The notes below the pieces were generated by a model, which did not search any database, had not been told where the DNA came from, and was given only the letters and a program-made list of their open reading frames with translations. Made by a program: the position numbers and the translations under genes. Source: Balamuthia mandrillaris (lineage: Eukaryota). Taken from it: a stretch of DNA of 64,000 nt. Below, one piece after another: positions 34,101 through 46,188 of the stretch; position 1 is the stretch's first letter; each line of letters opens with the position of its first letter. The DNA lies in NCBI GenBank assembly GCA_031835245.2, contig JAVKOQ020000036.1, forward strand, positions 186,001-250,000, given 5' to 3'.

Positions 34101-35639
34101 TTGGTTTGTTCTCTCACTCTCTCACTCACTCACTCACTCTCTCACACACACACTCTCTCTCTCTCTCGTGTTCTATTGTCTCTTTTCTTGTGCGGTACTC
34201 ATTTCCCTTTTTCTCGTTTAACTTTTAATTTTGTTTGAAAAGAATGTGAAGGAGTACGCAGCATGGAAGAAGGTCTCAGTACCTTTCAACAAGGACTAGA
34301 ACAAGGTCGCCCTTTCAGCATCGTCGTTCTAGACACGACTTCTCCCAATCTCGAAGCCGCCATCACGACCAGCAAATCCATGTCCACTTTCCTCTCCTCT
34401 CAACGCCGTAGGCTTCAGCTTCAACAACAATCACCACACAAAGATCAAAATGACGGCTACCAACTGAAAAAGAAACAAACATCACCAGCCGAACCAACAG
34501 AGGATACATGGGAAGAAACTGCAAAAGAAGAGGAGGAATGGCTGCCTCAAGTTGTTCTCCTGAGCGCTTCTTGTCAACAGAGCCGAGCTATGGCCAGACG
34601 TGGATTGGCCGCATTGGGTGCACAGCTGGGCAGTGGATACGTCACCAAACCAGTCAAAAAGAACGAGCTGGTGAAAAGCATACGGACTGCCATCGCACGC
34701 TCTCTGTCGTCATGGCATGGTCGCGCTGTCCTACGCGAACGTTCCACCAGAAAAGAGCAAGAACGAAGCGAAGAAGAGACGGAGGAGGAGGAAGAAGAGG
34801 AAGACGAGGAAGCAGGAGAAATGGTTGAAGAGATAGAGAATAACATAGCAGCAGAAGTACAAGCAAAGAAAGTGGGTTTTGCTGACATAGACATACTGAA
34901 TAACACCAGCAAAGCGAGAAGAAGGAAAGCACAGACAACAAAGCAACAACAAGAGCAACTTCAGCCACAACAACCATCATCACCACCCCCATCAACCACT
35001 TCTGCATGTTCATCACCACAACCACAACATAACGACGAAGAACCACAAGCCAACAGTAACAGTCCCAACAAACAAGAAGACCAAGTGGAAGCAGGAAAAC
35101 GGAAGAGAATATTAGTAGTGGAGGACAACCGAGTCAACGTAAAAGTGGTATTGGCGCAACTGCGAAAACTGGGCCTATTGACGGTGGACGTTGCGCTGAA
35201 CGGCAAAGAGGCGGTGGACATGATCCTCTCCTCCCCTCCTGGCCACTATGCCTTGGTCCTGATGGACATCGCCATGCCCGTCATGGATGGTTTCCAGGCC
35301 ACCCGCATGCTTCGTTCGTTAGCCGAATCTCGTCCTTCTCCTTCTTCACCATCTTCTTCGATAAATTCCTCAACGTCTGCTATGCCTGCAAAGGTTCTGA
35401 AGGACGCAAGCCAAAAATCAAACAAAAACGTCGAAAGGGACCACACAAATGCAAGAAGAGAAAGCGAGGAAGAAGAACAGAGACAGTATTTGCGGAATCT
35501 GCCGATAGTAGCGTTGTCGGCGGGAGCGATGGCGCAGGACCTGGTTAGCTGCCAGGAGGCCGGCATGGACGCGTTCTTGTGCAAGCCGTTGAAGTTGGTG
35601 CAACTGCGCGAAACGCTTTCTCGGTGGTTATCCTTTTGA
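28152..35639 (+). CDS. Dual hybrid histidine kinase: PAS-like/GAF - HK1 - REC - GAF - HK2 - pseudo-REC - REC
   Basis: H-boxes ISHEFRTPL and [13 protein letters not shown]-boxes [10 protein letters not shown] and [11 protein letters not shown]-boxes DTGVGI..GSGIGL and DTGIGI..GTGLGL; receivers [10 protein letters not shown] and [10 protein letters not shown]. Confidence 0.95.
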
Positions 35640-35896
35640 ACCTTAAAACCTCCTCTTTCCCTCTTTCTCTTTCTCTCTCTATATTTTTGTTTTTTTAACT
35701 TGCTCATAGTTTGTTTTTTTTTCTTATTTATTCCTATATTTTGTGATATTCTTACTAAATATAGTAGAAATTTTGAATTATTGATTTTTATCTCCTGTCG
35801 TCGATAAATTTATCTAAATATAGATTAAATATTGCCAAAAATTTCAGTTTGCACGATAGTTTATTCCCGCCAAAAAAAAAAAAAAGAGCGAAGAAG

Positions 35897-36480
35897 ATGA
35901 ACCAGTCGATCCGTCGCTTGAAAGGAGGAACGACGGTCGCGGCACAAAGCGTGAAGCAAGGGGAATGCCCTATTTGTGGAGTGCTGCTTGAGATGACGTT
36001 GCTGCCTGCTCACGTCGAAGTGCACCTGGATGACGACTCTTCCTGTTCTTCTTCTCATTCTTCGTGTTCTTCTTCTTCCTCAAAAGAAGACGATGTGGAA
36101 CTGGCAGCGGCCACAAAAAAGATATGCACAGTCGACGATATCGATATCTACGGCGACCCTTCTTCTTCCTGTTCTTCTTCTTCTTCTTGTGCATGGGCCA
36201 CTTTTGAGTGTCCGATAGACGGCTGCCATGCTGTATTGCCAACTGTGGAATGGGAAGAACACTTGTCGTTACATGGGTTAGAGCAAACTTTGGTATCCTC
36301 TCTTCTCCTCTCTTCTCTTTTTCTGGTATTCTCTTTTCTTATTCTCTCTTCCTCTTTGCGTCCTTCTCTCTCTCTCTCTCTCTCTCTCTCTTCTTTCTCT
36401 CTCCCTCGTCGTTCTCGTCGTTCTCGTCGTTCTCGTTGTCGTTCTCATCATCGCTCTCTTCCCTCCGTTGTTCTCTTCTC

Positions 36481-36519
<39 letters not shown>

Positions 36520-37405
36520 CTTCTCCAATAACGTTTGTTGTTGATGCTGTGACGTTCAGCAAGAAGAAGATAAAGCAAAGCAACGAAGACAGGAACAGCT
36601 AACGTTTGAAGCACTTCAGCGACAGTACGGTACCGAGCAGCAACATGAAGAAAGCAGACGAAGAGAGAACGGGCGAAAGAGAGCAATGGAGGAGGATCCA
36701 AGCAAAGTGCAAATGGAAGGATACCTTTTGCAGTATGTTAGTAGCCTGCAGAGAGAACCACACCGTGGTGGAGGACGAAGAGGAAGAGGAAGAGCGACCG
36801 GTCACAACAACGACGATACACCCACTGCAGTCCAAATACTTGAAAGCAAGGAGAAGCTCATCAACTCTATTCATGGTCCTGATCTTGAAACAAAAACTGA
36901 ACGTACGTTTGTTTCTTGTATTTCCTTCTGTTTCGTTATTCGTCTTTGTGTTATTATTTTTTCATACTTTTTGGTTGTTGTTCTGGTGCAACTTCAGAGA
37001 TAACGAACAAGTTGAGGGCGTGTTACAGAAGGAATGTGGATGGCAGCCTGCGAGGTATGCGCGACGTTGTGTGTTGCACCTCTGAAACACTAGCTCATTA
37101 TTCCTACAGCAGAGGCGATGGTGGATGGGGATGCGGCTATCGTACGTTATTATCGTCTTTTCTCGTGCTTCTCTGGCTTGTTGCCAAGTATTCTTTCTTC
37201 CAACATTTCTTTTACCTGCAAATTGTACTTAGGCAACATCCAAATGGTGTGTTCTGCTTTGTTATCAAACGAACAGTACAAGCAAACCATGTTTGGTGGA
37301 AAAGGATATATTCCTACCGTCCCTATAATCCAACATTACATCGAGGAGGTTCTCCTTTTCCCCTTCTCTGCTTCTTCTTCTCTCTTTTCGCTCGTCTCCT
37401 CTCCT

Positions 37406-37442
<37 letters not shown>

Positions 37443-38261
37443 CCTCTTTTCTTTTCTCTCGGAGATCATTATTAACAAAAACGAAGGCATGGAGCAAAGG
37501 CTTTGACAGAGCAGGGGCACTTCAACTGGGCTGTTCTCTGGCTGGCAAAAGGAAATGGATAGGATCGGTGGAGTGTGCAGCTTTACTGCGTTCCTTTGGC
37601 ATCCCGTGTTCAGTCGTGGACTTTCACAGAGCAACAGGGCCAGAGGGCACGCATCCACTTTTATTTGAGTGGGTTTGGGCTTATTTCTCTTCTTCTCCTT
37701 GGAGTAGCTGCACCAACGCAACGACAAATCGCTTGTCGTTTTCTTCTTCTTCTTCTTCTTCTTCTTCTTCTTCTTCTTCGCCTTCTTCTTCTTTTTCTTC
37801 TTCTTCTTCCTCTACTTCAGCGAAACGAGTAATGGCAGGAAATGAACGGCCACCCTTGTTCTTACAACATGATGGTCATTCACGGACGATAGTCGGTATT
37901 GAAAAGAGGAGCAATGGCTCGCTTCATTTGCTTATCCTAGGTGTGTACCTCTGCTTGCTTACCTTTCTTTGCTTTTGTTTTTTGTTCTCGGCACTTATTT
38001 TCTTCTCAAACAACAGATCCTATCTTTTCAGGAAGCAAAGTACGGGAATCGCTGCGCACAAAAGACTTGGCCATCTTTCGTCGTTCAGTCCAGGCGGAGA
38101 GGGAGTCACAGTACCAAATCGTGGCGGTGGAGCTGCACTCCCACCCTCCCTCCAACTTTGCCCAATTGTCCCGCCCCTACAGCTGTTCTGATATGTATAA
38201 AGTTAGCAAGCACGAAGAGCTGTCGAAAGAAGTTCGCTCTCTTCGTGTTCCTTCCAAGTAA
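35897..38261 (+). CDS. ZUP1: ZUFSP/ZUP1-family deubiquitinase (peptidase C78) with N-terminal zinc fingers
   Basis: UBZ-like CPICG..HVEVH and CPIDGC..HLSLH; catalytic DGGWGCGYRNIQM, GFDRAGA, KWIG, PPLFLQHDGHSRTIVGIE, LILDP. Confidence 0.9.
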
Positions 38262-38305
38262 CTCAAGTAAGAACTGTTTATTTGTTGTGTTTTGCTTCTT
38301 TACGT

Positions 38306-40128
38306 TCACTTTCCACCATCTTTTCTGCCCCCCGCTTCAAGTAACCGTGGAACGGTCGATACCTGTGACTGTGCTTCAAGCTCCCTTATCCTCTTCCATA
38401 CTCGTTTTGCTCGTTCCGCATCTTTGGCCTTCCTGCACGCCGCGTGCAAAGTCTTCAGTATCACTGCATTGAGAGGGACATCCATGATGTTGATCAGTGT
38501 CTCTGCCTCCGCCAGCATCCCTGCCCCGCTCAACAGCTCCACCATGAGGGCGTAATGCTCCACCGTGGGCTGGATACCATGCTTTTCCACCATGGCAGTA
38601 AAGCAGGCAGTGGCCTCCTCCACCAAACCTGCTTGGGAGCACGCGTTTAGCACATGGACAAAGGTAATGGCAGTTGGCGGCACTCCTTGTTGTTGCATTG
38701 CATGAAATGTGGCCAGTGCGTTTTTTGCTTGCCCGTTCTCGCCAAATATGGCCAGCATTTCATTCCAAGAGATAGCGTTGCGTTGCCTCATTCCCAGGAA
38801 CGCTTCACATGCGTCCTCCAACTTCCCACACTTGCCATACATTTTGACGAGGGCGGTTGATAGGGCGACATCCAGAGGGAGGTCATGGCGCAGGAGCAAG
38901 TCGTGAACCTGCTTGCCTACAGCCAAGTCCGCTGTGATAGAGCAGGCCTTGAGCACGGTGGTGAAGGTGACGACGTCGGGTGCCACACTAGCCTGCAACA
39001 TTTGTTGGAATAGCGAAAGAGCTTCCTTCCCACAGCCATGCTCCGTTTCCTCTGCGATCATTGAGTTCCACGTCACCACGTTGCGCTCCTTCATCTCTTG
39101 GAACACGGCACGTGCGTCCTCTATCTTTCCGCACTTGCCATACATGCTGATCAAGGCGTTTGATATAGCAACGTTGGGAAGGAAGCCACGATGGAGGAGT
39201 TGAATGTGCACCTGTTTGCCCACCTCCAACGTCTTCATCATGGCACAGGCCTTCAGCACAGCGGTGAAGGTGACCGTATTTGGCACCACACCCGCCTGCT
39301 GCATTTGTTGAAAGAGCTGGAGGGCCTCCTTCCCACGGCCACACTGTGTGTAGGCTTGGATCATGGCGGTCCAAGCCCCCACGTCCCGCTCCTCCATCTC
39401 GAAAGTTGAGCGCGCCAGGTCAAGCCTCCCACAACCCCCATAGGTGCTGATGAGGGAAGCCGAGAGGCTGGCAGAAAGCATATGCTGAGAAGGGGAGGGA
39501 TGGACGAGGTGAATATGTAGCCGCTGGCAGACCTCCAAGGCCCTCTCCTTCCTGCACCGCTTCAGCAGCTTCGTGTAGGTCATCAGATCCGACCTCACCC
39601 CTGCCCTTTCCATCGCCTCCAACACAGGGGTAATGGCGTGGCTTGTCAGGTGGCCCATCCGTGCCAGCCTTTTCAGCAGCTTTCTGTACTTCCGGGCGTC
39701 AGACTCTCTCTCGCTGCTCTTCTGCATGAGAGGAGGAGCCTCCACAAGGCGGCCTCTCGGCTTGTCATGGTATTTCCTCGCCGCCGCCTCCTCCGCCGCC
39801 GCTTGTGTGAGTGGGAAGGTGCATGCGCCTGCGTTTGGTGTAGGGCATGAGTATGGGAAGGGTGGTGGGGGGTTTGCAACAAAGGAAGAGAGAGACAGAG
39901 GAGAGAGAAAAGCAAAGAACGAAGAGCAAAGACAAGGAACGAAGAAAGAAATAATGTTGTTGGAGTTCAAGGAGCGGTACCGCGCGAGCTGAAGGGGGCG
40001 TTGTGTTGGATGGAAGGAGGCGCGAGAGAGAGAAAGGCAGGAGAGGCGCACAACGGCAAGGGAAACCACCGTTGCAACTGCAAGGCGGAGGAGGGCACCA
40101 CCTTCTTCTCCAGCGTTCGCGGCAGCAT
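38306..40128 (-). CDS. PLS-class PPR protein, paralogue of 3592-5628, with E-like end and no DYW
   Basis: ATG at 40128 gives MLPRTLEK..QRWF..LSLAPPS, homologous to exon 1 of the other PPR gene. One intron, then P-L-S triplets and EHYALMVELLSGAG. Confidence 0.9.
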
Positions 40129-40600
40129 GGCCGCTTCGTTCTTCCTTTCGCTTCCTTTCTCTGTTCAAATATTTTCCACTATCGTCCGATTATCCTCACC
40201 GATTAGCGATCATTCTGAATTTATTGCAACCGCGCAAATAATATCAGAGATTCGAAAAAAAAATGCGAAAATATCGATGGCTGACGTCAGATGAAATTTT
40301 ACCTGGAAAAATTTAAAAATCACTGTCGACATTTTCTTACTTTTTTTTTGTTCGCGAAAGCAACACACACACACACACACATCTTCACCCCCTCCTTCGA
40401 TTCGCGCTTCTCCTCCTCTTTCTCTCTCCTTCTCGCTCTCTTTCTCTCCTTCGGATTCGTTCTTTTTTTTTTTCCCGTTCCATTCGTTCTCCGCTTTTTT
40501 TAAAAAACTCATTTTATATTTCTTTTTTACAATCCAATCCATCCATCTCTCTCACTCGATCATTCCAAATCGTTCGGTAAAAAAACAAAAACACGCAACC

Positions 40601-41661
40601 ATGGAAAAGAGCAACAGCAACTCTGCCTATCAACAAACCAACAACGGAGGGCGGCTCCAGCAAGCGACGGTCCTCCTGGACGTCCTCGAGGTGAGCAGCT
40701 GGAACCGGGGGGCCTTCCCGCAGCAGCTGGTGGAGCTCTCCGAGGCGTCCTACGCCTCCCTCCGCGCCCACTTCACCGAGGAGCAGCTCCTCTTCAAGAC
40801 GCTGAAAGTGGCGCTGCCCCAACGCAAGAAGGTCTTTGTCTCCGCCGACAAGAACGTTCGCATTCCCACCGGCCAGCAACTTCCTTTCAAGATTCGAGTC
40901 AATTATCAGAATGGCGTCCAGTACAAGAACTTAAGTACGTTCTTCTTCTCCTTCTGAACCTCTTCTTGTTCTTCTTCTCTCCTCTTCTCCTCTTTGCTTC
41001 TCTCCTTCTTCTCTCTTCTCTTTGCTTCTCTCTTCTCTCTCCTTTCTCCTCTCTCTTCTCTTCTCTTTGCTTTGCTCTTCTCTTCTCCTCTTTGCTTCTC
41101 TCTCTCTCTCTCTCTCTCTGTATTTCTTCTCTTTTTGTCATTCTTTCTGTATCCTCTTTGCTCGTTCTGAACAACAGCTTGTGTATATATTTTTTTATAG
41201 AGTATGCAGGAGAAGGCGTGGAAGAGAAAGAGAAGAGGACCATCCTGAAGAAGGATTATGAGGATGAAAATAATGAAGGCCTCCCTGGCGAAAGCAGCAG
41301 ACCAGCTGCCTCTTTTCTTTCTTGGCGACTTCGTGACCCATCACACCATCAACAACCAAAAGAAACGCTAAAACCAGAAAAAGCAGATGAAGACGATGAA
41401 GAAGAACATGAGGACTATGTCGAACACGATGACTTCGACTTCATTCCGAGCAAACTTCAACAAGGACCATCTGAAGCTGCAGCAGCCACCAAAGAAGAGA
41501 TGGAACGTGTGTTGGCAGCAGTGAATGAATTGAAGGAGGAAATGGCAGAGCTGAGAAGGGAGGTCCGTGAGGCCCTTTCGCCTGCTGCTTTGGCTGCCAC
41601 TCTTTGTGCTGCTTTTCAACACTTGACCGTGGCTTCTTCATCATCAACAAAGAAAGAGTAA
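40601..41661 (+). CDS. Hypothetical protein with C-terminal coiled coil (2 exons)
   Basis: GC-rich exon 40601-~40934, TC-rich intron, exon ~41201-41661 containing MERVLAAVNELKEEMAELRREVRE. Confidence 0.65.
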
Positions 41662-41737
41662 ACTTTCTTTTGTTTTTTCACAACTCGTTCTTTTGTTTCG
41701 TCTCTCTGCTTTCTCACCCATTCTCTCTCTCTCTTCT

Positions 41738-41775
<38 letters not shown>

Positions 41776-41897
41776 TCTCTCTCTCCCTCGCATAACGTTT
41801 TCAACTACTACTAAATGTTTTATTTAAAACCAAAAAAGTGAACAAGAAACGAGTTTGCTCTTGTTGCTTGTTTGCGTTGATCCAACGGCTTCTTCGT

Positions 41898-42974
41898 TCA
41901 GAAGAAGAAAGAGGAGGTGGAGGAGGCAGCAGAGGTCTCATCCTTGTAGTTCACCACATCGCTGCCACCCTCGTACGCGCTTCCGTCGTACGCCACGTCT
42001 CCACCATCGTAGTTCACGTCACCGCCATCGTAAGACACATCACCGCCATCGTAGGTCACGTCACCACCATCGTAAGACACATCACCTCCGTCGTAGGTCA
42101 CGTCCCCGCCGTCGTAAGAGACATCACCGCCATCGTAGGTCACGTCTCCTCCATCGTAGGACACATCACCTCCATCGTAGGTCACCTCGCTGTCATCATA
42201 GTCGCAGCCACCATCATACTCGATGTCTCCGCCATCGTAGGACACATCTCCTCCATCGTAGCTCACATCACCTCCGTCGTAAGACACATCACCACCGTCG
42301 TAAGAGACGTCTCCTCCATCGTAGGACACATCACCGCCGTCGTAGGACACGTCACCGCCGTCGTAGGACACATCACCACCATCGTAAGACACGTCACCGC
42401 CGTCGTAAGACACATCACCACCATCATAAGAGACGTCACCACCATCGTAGGAGACATCACCGCCGTCGTAGGATACGTCACCGCCGTCGTAGGACACATC
42501 ACCACCATCGTAGGAGACGTCACCACCATCGTAAGACACATCACCGCCATCGTAAGAGACGTCACCACCATCGTAGGACACATCACCGCCGTCGTAGGTC
42601 ACGTCACCACCGTCGTAGGAGACATCTCCGCCATCGTAAGACACATCTCCTCCATCGTAAGAGACATCACCGCCGTCGTAGGTCACGTCACCACCATCGT
42701 AGGAGACATCACCGCCATCGTAAGACACGTCGCTACCGTCGTAGGAGACGTCCCCGCCATCGTAGCTGACATCACCGCCATCGTAAGTCACATCACCGTC
42801 ATAGGAGACATCGCCACCATCATAGCTCACATCTCCGCCATCGTAGGAGACGTCCCCGCCGTCGTAGGTCACGTCATCTCCATCATAGGTCACATCTCCG
42901 GAGCCATAGTTCACTCGTGCCAGGGAAGCAGAGGCCAACAAGGCCAGCAAGGCCACTGTCAATAGCACCTTCAT
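41898..42974 (-). CDS. Secreted YDGGDV[S/T] heptad-repeat protein, copy 2 (intact, 358 aa)
   Basis: Signal peptide MKVLLTVALLALLASASLA, about 44 repeat units with varied synonymous codons, a single Cys, and tail YKDETSAASSTSSFFF; intronless. Confidence 0.92.
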   Translation of the reverse strand: MKVLLTVALLALLASASLARVNYGSGDVTYDGDDVTYDGGDVSYDGGDVSYDGGDVSYDGDVTYDGGDVSYDGGDVSYDGSDVSYDGGDVSYDGGDVTYDGGDVSYDGGDVSYDGGDVSYDGGDVTYDGGDVSYDGGDVSYDGGDVSYDGGDVSYDGGDVSYDGGDVSYDGGDVSYDGGDVSYDGGDVSYDGGDVSYDGGDVSYDGGDVSYDGGDVSYDGGDVSYDGGDVSYDGGDVSYDGGDVSYDGGDIEYDGGCDYDDSEVTYDGGDVSYDGGDVTYDGGDVSYDGGDVTYDGGDVSYDGGDVTYDGGDVSYDGGDVNYDGGDVAYDGSAYEGGSDVVNYKDETSAASSTSSFFF

Positions 42975-43504
42975 CCTTTGTTTGTTGCTTGTTGTTTGTT
43001 GTTGTTGTTGTTGTTTGTTGATGTTGGATTGGGGAAGGCAGAACTGTGGAGCTTTTTATCCTTTGGGCCGATCCTTGAGGTAACGCCTGAAACCTCTGCC
43101 CATCCTGAAAGCGGACACCAAAGTCCGACACTTCTCCCCCACTTTCAAAGTGGAATCCACCGTGCCATTGGCAGCAACTACCAATGGGAGGAACAGCCGT
43201 TGGCCCGCCATGATCCACTATGGCCCATAACATTGTTCGTTGGAAATCTCGTGGCCAAACTGGCCGAAAGTTGGTGTGTTTTCGGGACTTTTGCTTGGTG
43301 GTGCCAAACGTGTCACTGCTCGATTGCAACGGGGTGGGCCATTGGGTGGGCGACGATTGTCCAACGGGAAGAAGGGAGCTGGCAGAAGATGACGGGATGG
43401 ACAATTTTTGTCCTCCAAGCAACAATTCGTGTTTTTGCAAGCGAAGAAAAGGAGTTCTCGAAACGAACGCAACAATGGAGGAGGAGAAGCAAACAGAAAC
43501 ACAG

Positions 43505-43580
<76 letters not shown>

Positions 43581-43631
43581 AAGAGACAGAGAGATGTTTC
43601 TTTTGTTATTCCATGTCGTCATGATTTATTT

Positions 43632-43982
43632 TTAGGAGACATTCGGTGGAGGGTCTGCTTGTTGTTGTTGTTGTTTGTCTTCTTGTGGTGCGTTCTCCTG
43701 TTGTGGTGCAGAGACGGTGGTGGAAGAAGAAGGAGGAGATGGTGATGGTGCGCTCGTAGCAGCAGCAGCAGCAGCAGCAGCAGGGGGTGGTGGATCATCG
43801 GCTGAGCCAAAGAGGGTGACGAGGAGGCTGCCCTCCTCCGGGCCTTCCCTTTGCACCAGCTCCAACTTCCTTTCTTTGGGAGGGGGCGGCGCTCCGCCCT
43901 GTAACCGCAACAGGGCCAGCATGCCCACCATCACCAACAAAAAGACTGTACAAAGGGGCGAGGGTCTTCCTCCATTCGTCAT
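43632..43982 (-). CDS. Short protein with N-terminal transmembrane/signal anchor and Pro/Ala/Gln stalk (possibly a truncated gene)
   Basis: Hydrophobic LCTVFLLVMVGMLALL followed by a low-complexity stalk; lies head-to-head with the SPS gene. Confidence 0.4.
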   Translation of the reverse strand: MTNGGRPSPLCTVFLLVMVGMLALLRLQGGAPPPPKERKLELVQREGPEEGSLLVTLFGSADDPPPPAAAAAAAATSAPSPSPPSSSTTVSAPQQENAPQEDKQQQQQADPPPNVS

Positions 43983-44169
43983 TATTCAGCTGCTGTTGTT
44001 TGTTTTCCTGTGCTCTCTTTCGTTCTCCTATTCACTATGTCGACAAAATTCAACAGTATGAAAAATGATTGGCCGATGATCTGATCATTCAAGTCGACAA
44101 ATACGACAAAAAATTTAGAAGTCTACAAAAATTAACCCAGGGAAAAAAAAACAAAAAGGAAGGAGGCAA

Positions 44170-44951
44170 ATGGAGGAAGAGAGCAAAGGCGGTGGCGGCG
44201 GAGCGAGAGGCGCCGCTGCTACCACTTTCGTGAAGTTTGATCCCCGTGATTATGGCCTCGATCCCGACTTCTTACTAACACGGTTCGCGGAGCTTAAAGG
44301 CTGAGGGTACCCCAACTACCATACTATTCCCACACCTTTTCACCCTATTTTTCCATCCCTACTTCCTCTCTCTTCCTCTCTCTCTCTCACACTCACTATT
44401 ATTATCGTATAAAGGTGCAAGGTCCCTCAGGCAAAGCTACTGGAATTAATCGCGCGCGTGTTAGGAAAGGAAAAGGAGGAGGACGGCTCAGGGGGGATCG
44501 GGATGGACTGCAGCATCATACCCACCAAATACGAGGGCATCTTTCAGGTCTCCACCACCGACTTTTTCTTCCCGCTGGTGGAGGACCCCTACATCCAAGG
44601 CAAGATCGCCTGTGCCAACGTCCTCTCCGACATGTATGCTCTCGGCTTGACCCACTGCGACAATATGTTGATGTTGTTGGGGGCCTGCAAGAGGATGAAT
44701 GCGACGGAGAGGGAGGTGGTGCTCTCCAGGATGATGCAGGGCTTTCATGACTTGGCTACGGCTGCTGGCACTCGCGTGACTGGCGGTCAGACTGTCATTA
44801 ACGCTTGGTTTGTTTCCTTTTCTCTGTTCTCTATTCTGTTCTTTTTTCTCTTCCTCTCTTTTCTCGCTTTGCTCTGCTTTGGTCTAACTTTGCTATTTTA
44901 CTGCAAAATTTAACGTAGGCCTCTCATTGGTGGAGTGGTTCGTGAAGCTTC

Positions 44952-44983
<32 letters not shown>

Positions 44984-45744
44984 TCTCTCTCTCATCTCTC
45001 TTTTTGCATCCCTGCTTCTCTGCTGACATTGTTTCCTTTTATTCTTCAAAACAAAAAGGCGATGGCAGCAGTGAAGGAAGAGGAGTTTATACGCCCAGAA
45101 AACGCGGTAGCAGGAGACGTGTTGGTGTTGACTAAGCCCCTTGGCACGCAAGTGGCGGTGAACCTGAAGGAATGGCTGTCTGCGCGTGCCTCTGGTCCTT
45201 CCGGCGCTTGGGACCGTGTCTCCGACGTCATCAGCGTGGAAGAGGCGGAACGCGCCTATTACCACGCCATGCACTCTATGGTTAGTCTTCAGTTTCTGGC
45301 ATTGTATCTTTGTTTTGCTGACCTAACTTTCTCTCTTCTTTCTCGGAATTTCAGTCTCGTCTCAACAAAACAGGAGCAGAGTTGATGCACATCCACAAAG
45401 CCCACGCAGCCACAGATGTAACCGGGTTTGGTCTGTTAGGCCATGCCTCCAACCTGGCCGCCAACCAAAAGGCCAAAGTGGACCTAGAGCTTCACCTCCT
45501 GCCCATTCTTCGCGGAATGAAAGCTGTCGACGAAAAACTTGGTGGAATGTTCTCTCTGGTGAAGGGCTTCTCTTCGGAGACCTCTGGCGGACTCTTGGTC
45601 TGCCTTCCTTCGGAGGAGGTTGCCAAAGCGTTTTGTAAGGAGCTGCAAGAGAGGGATGGAGAGGAGGCGTGGATCGTTGGAAGAGTGGTTGAAGGAAATA
45701 ATCAGGCGCGAATCGTGGAAGGAGCAACCATCGTTGAAGTTTAG
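44170..45744 (+). CDS. SEPHS2: Selenophosphate synthetase, selenocysteine-containing (SPS2-type)
   Basis: Exons 44170-44306, 44415-44807, 44919-44937, 45059-45280 and 45355-45744 give LTRFAELKG-U(TGA 44302)-GCKVPQ, GMDC, TTDFFFP, CANVLSDMYA, GGQT, LTKPLGT, ATDVTGFGLLGHA, ETSGGLL. Confidence 0.96.
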
Positions 45745-45981
45745 AAAGAAGGAGAAGAGGAGGAGGAGGAGGAGGAGGAAGAAACAGAAGAAGAAGAGGA
45801 TTAGGGGAGAACAAAAGGAGGAAAGAAAAGGGAGCAAGCGACGAGAAACAGGACGAAAAGGCAACGAAAGCAAAAAATTTCCAGTAGCTTTGCCGCGTGA
45901 AAGAGGCTTGGGATGGTTTGGTATCGCAAACCTTTTTTCTCTCTTTCTTTGATGAAAAAAGAACGAGAGAAGAAAGGGCAC

Positions 45982-46044
45982 ATGAAAGGGTCATCCTAAA
46001 GCCAAGGCCTACCTTGCAAACCCGAGGCAGGATGACCGCTTGAC
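45982..46044 (+). promoter_or_regulatory. SECIS element in the SPS2 3' UTR
   Basis: AUGAA-AGGGUCAUCCU-AAA-GCC...GGC-AGGAUGACC(G)CU-UGAC: non-canonical quartet, 11-bp helix II with one bulge, and an AAA motif. Confidence 0.88.
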
Positions 46045-46188
46045 AAAATCTTGGTACCGCCATCATATCCCTCCTCTTCATCAGTCATTTCGTTGTACTT
46101 TTTTTTGTTTCTTAGTTTCTTTTGTTGGTTGCTTTCCTTTCCTCTCCTCGTTTGAGTAAAGAAAGAATTGGTTATTCCACCTCGCTGT

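Noticed and set aside
36293..36560. Possible U12-type intron (donor GTATCCTC) in ZUP1
   Set aside because: The donor deviates from RTATCCTTT and no CCTTAAC branch site is seen near the acceptor.
38262..38420. DYW deaminase domain after either PPR gene
   Set aside because: No HSE/CxxC/DYW motif seen, and the neighbouring gene ends leave little or no room.
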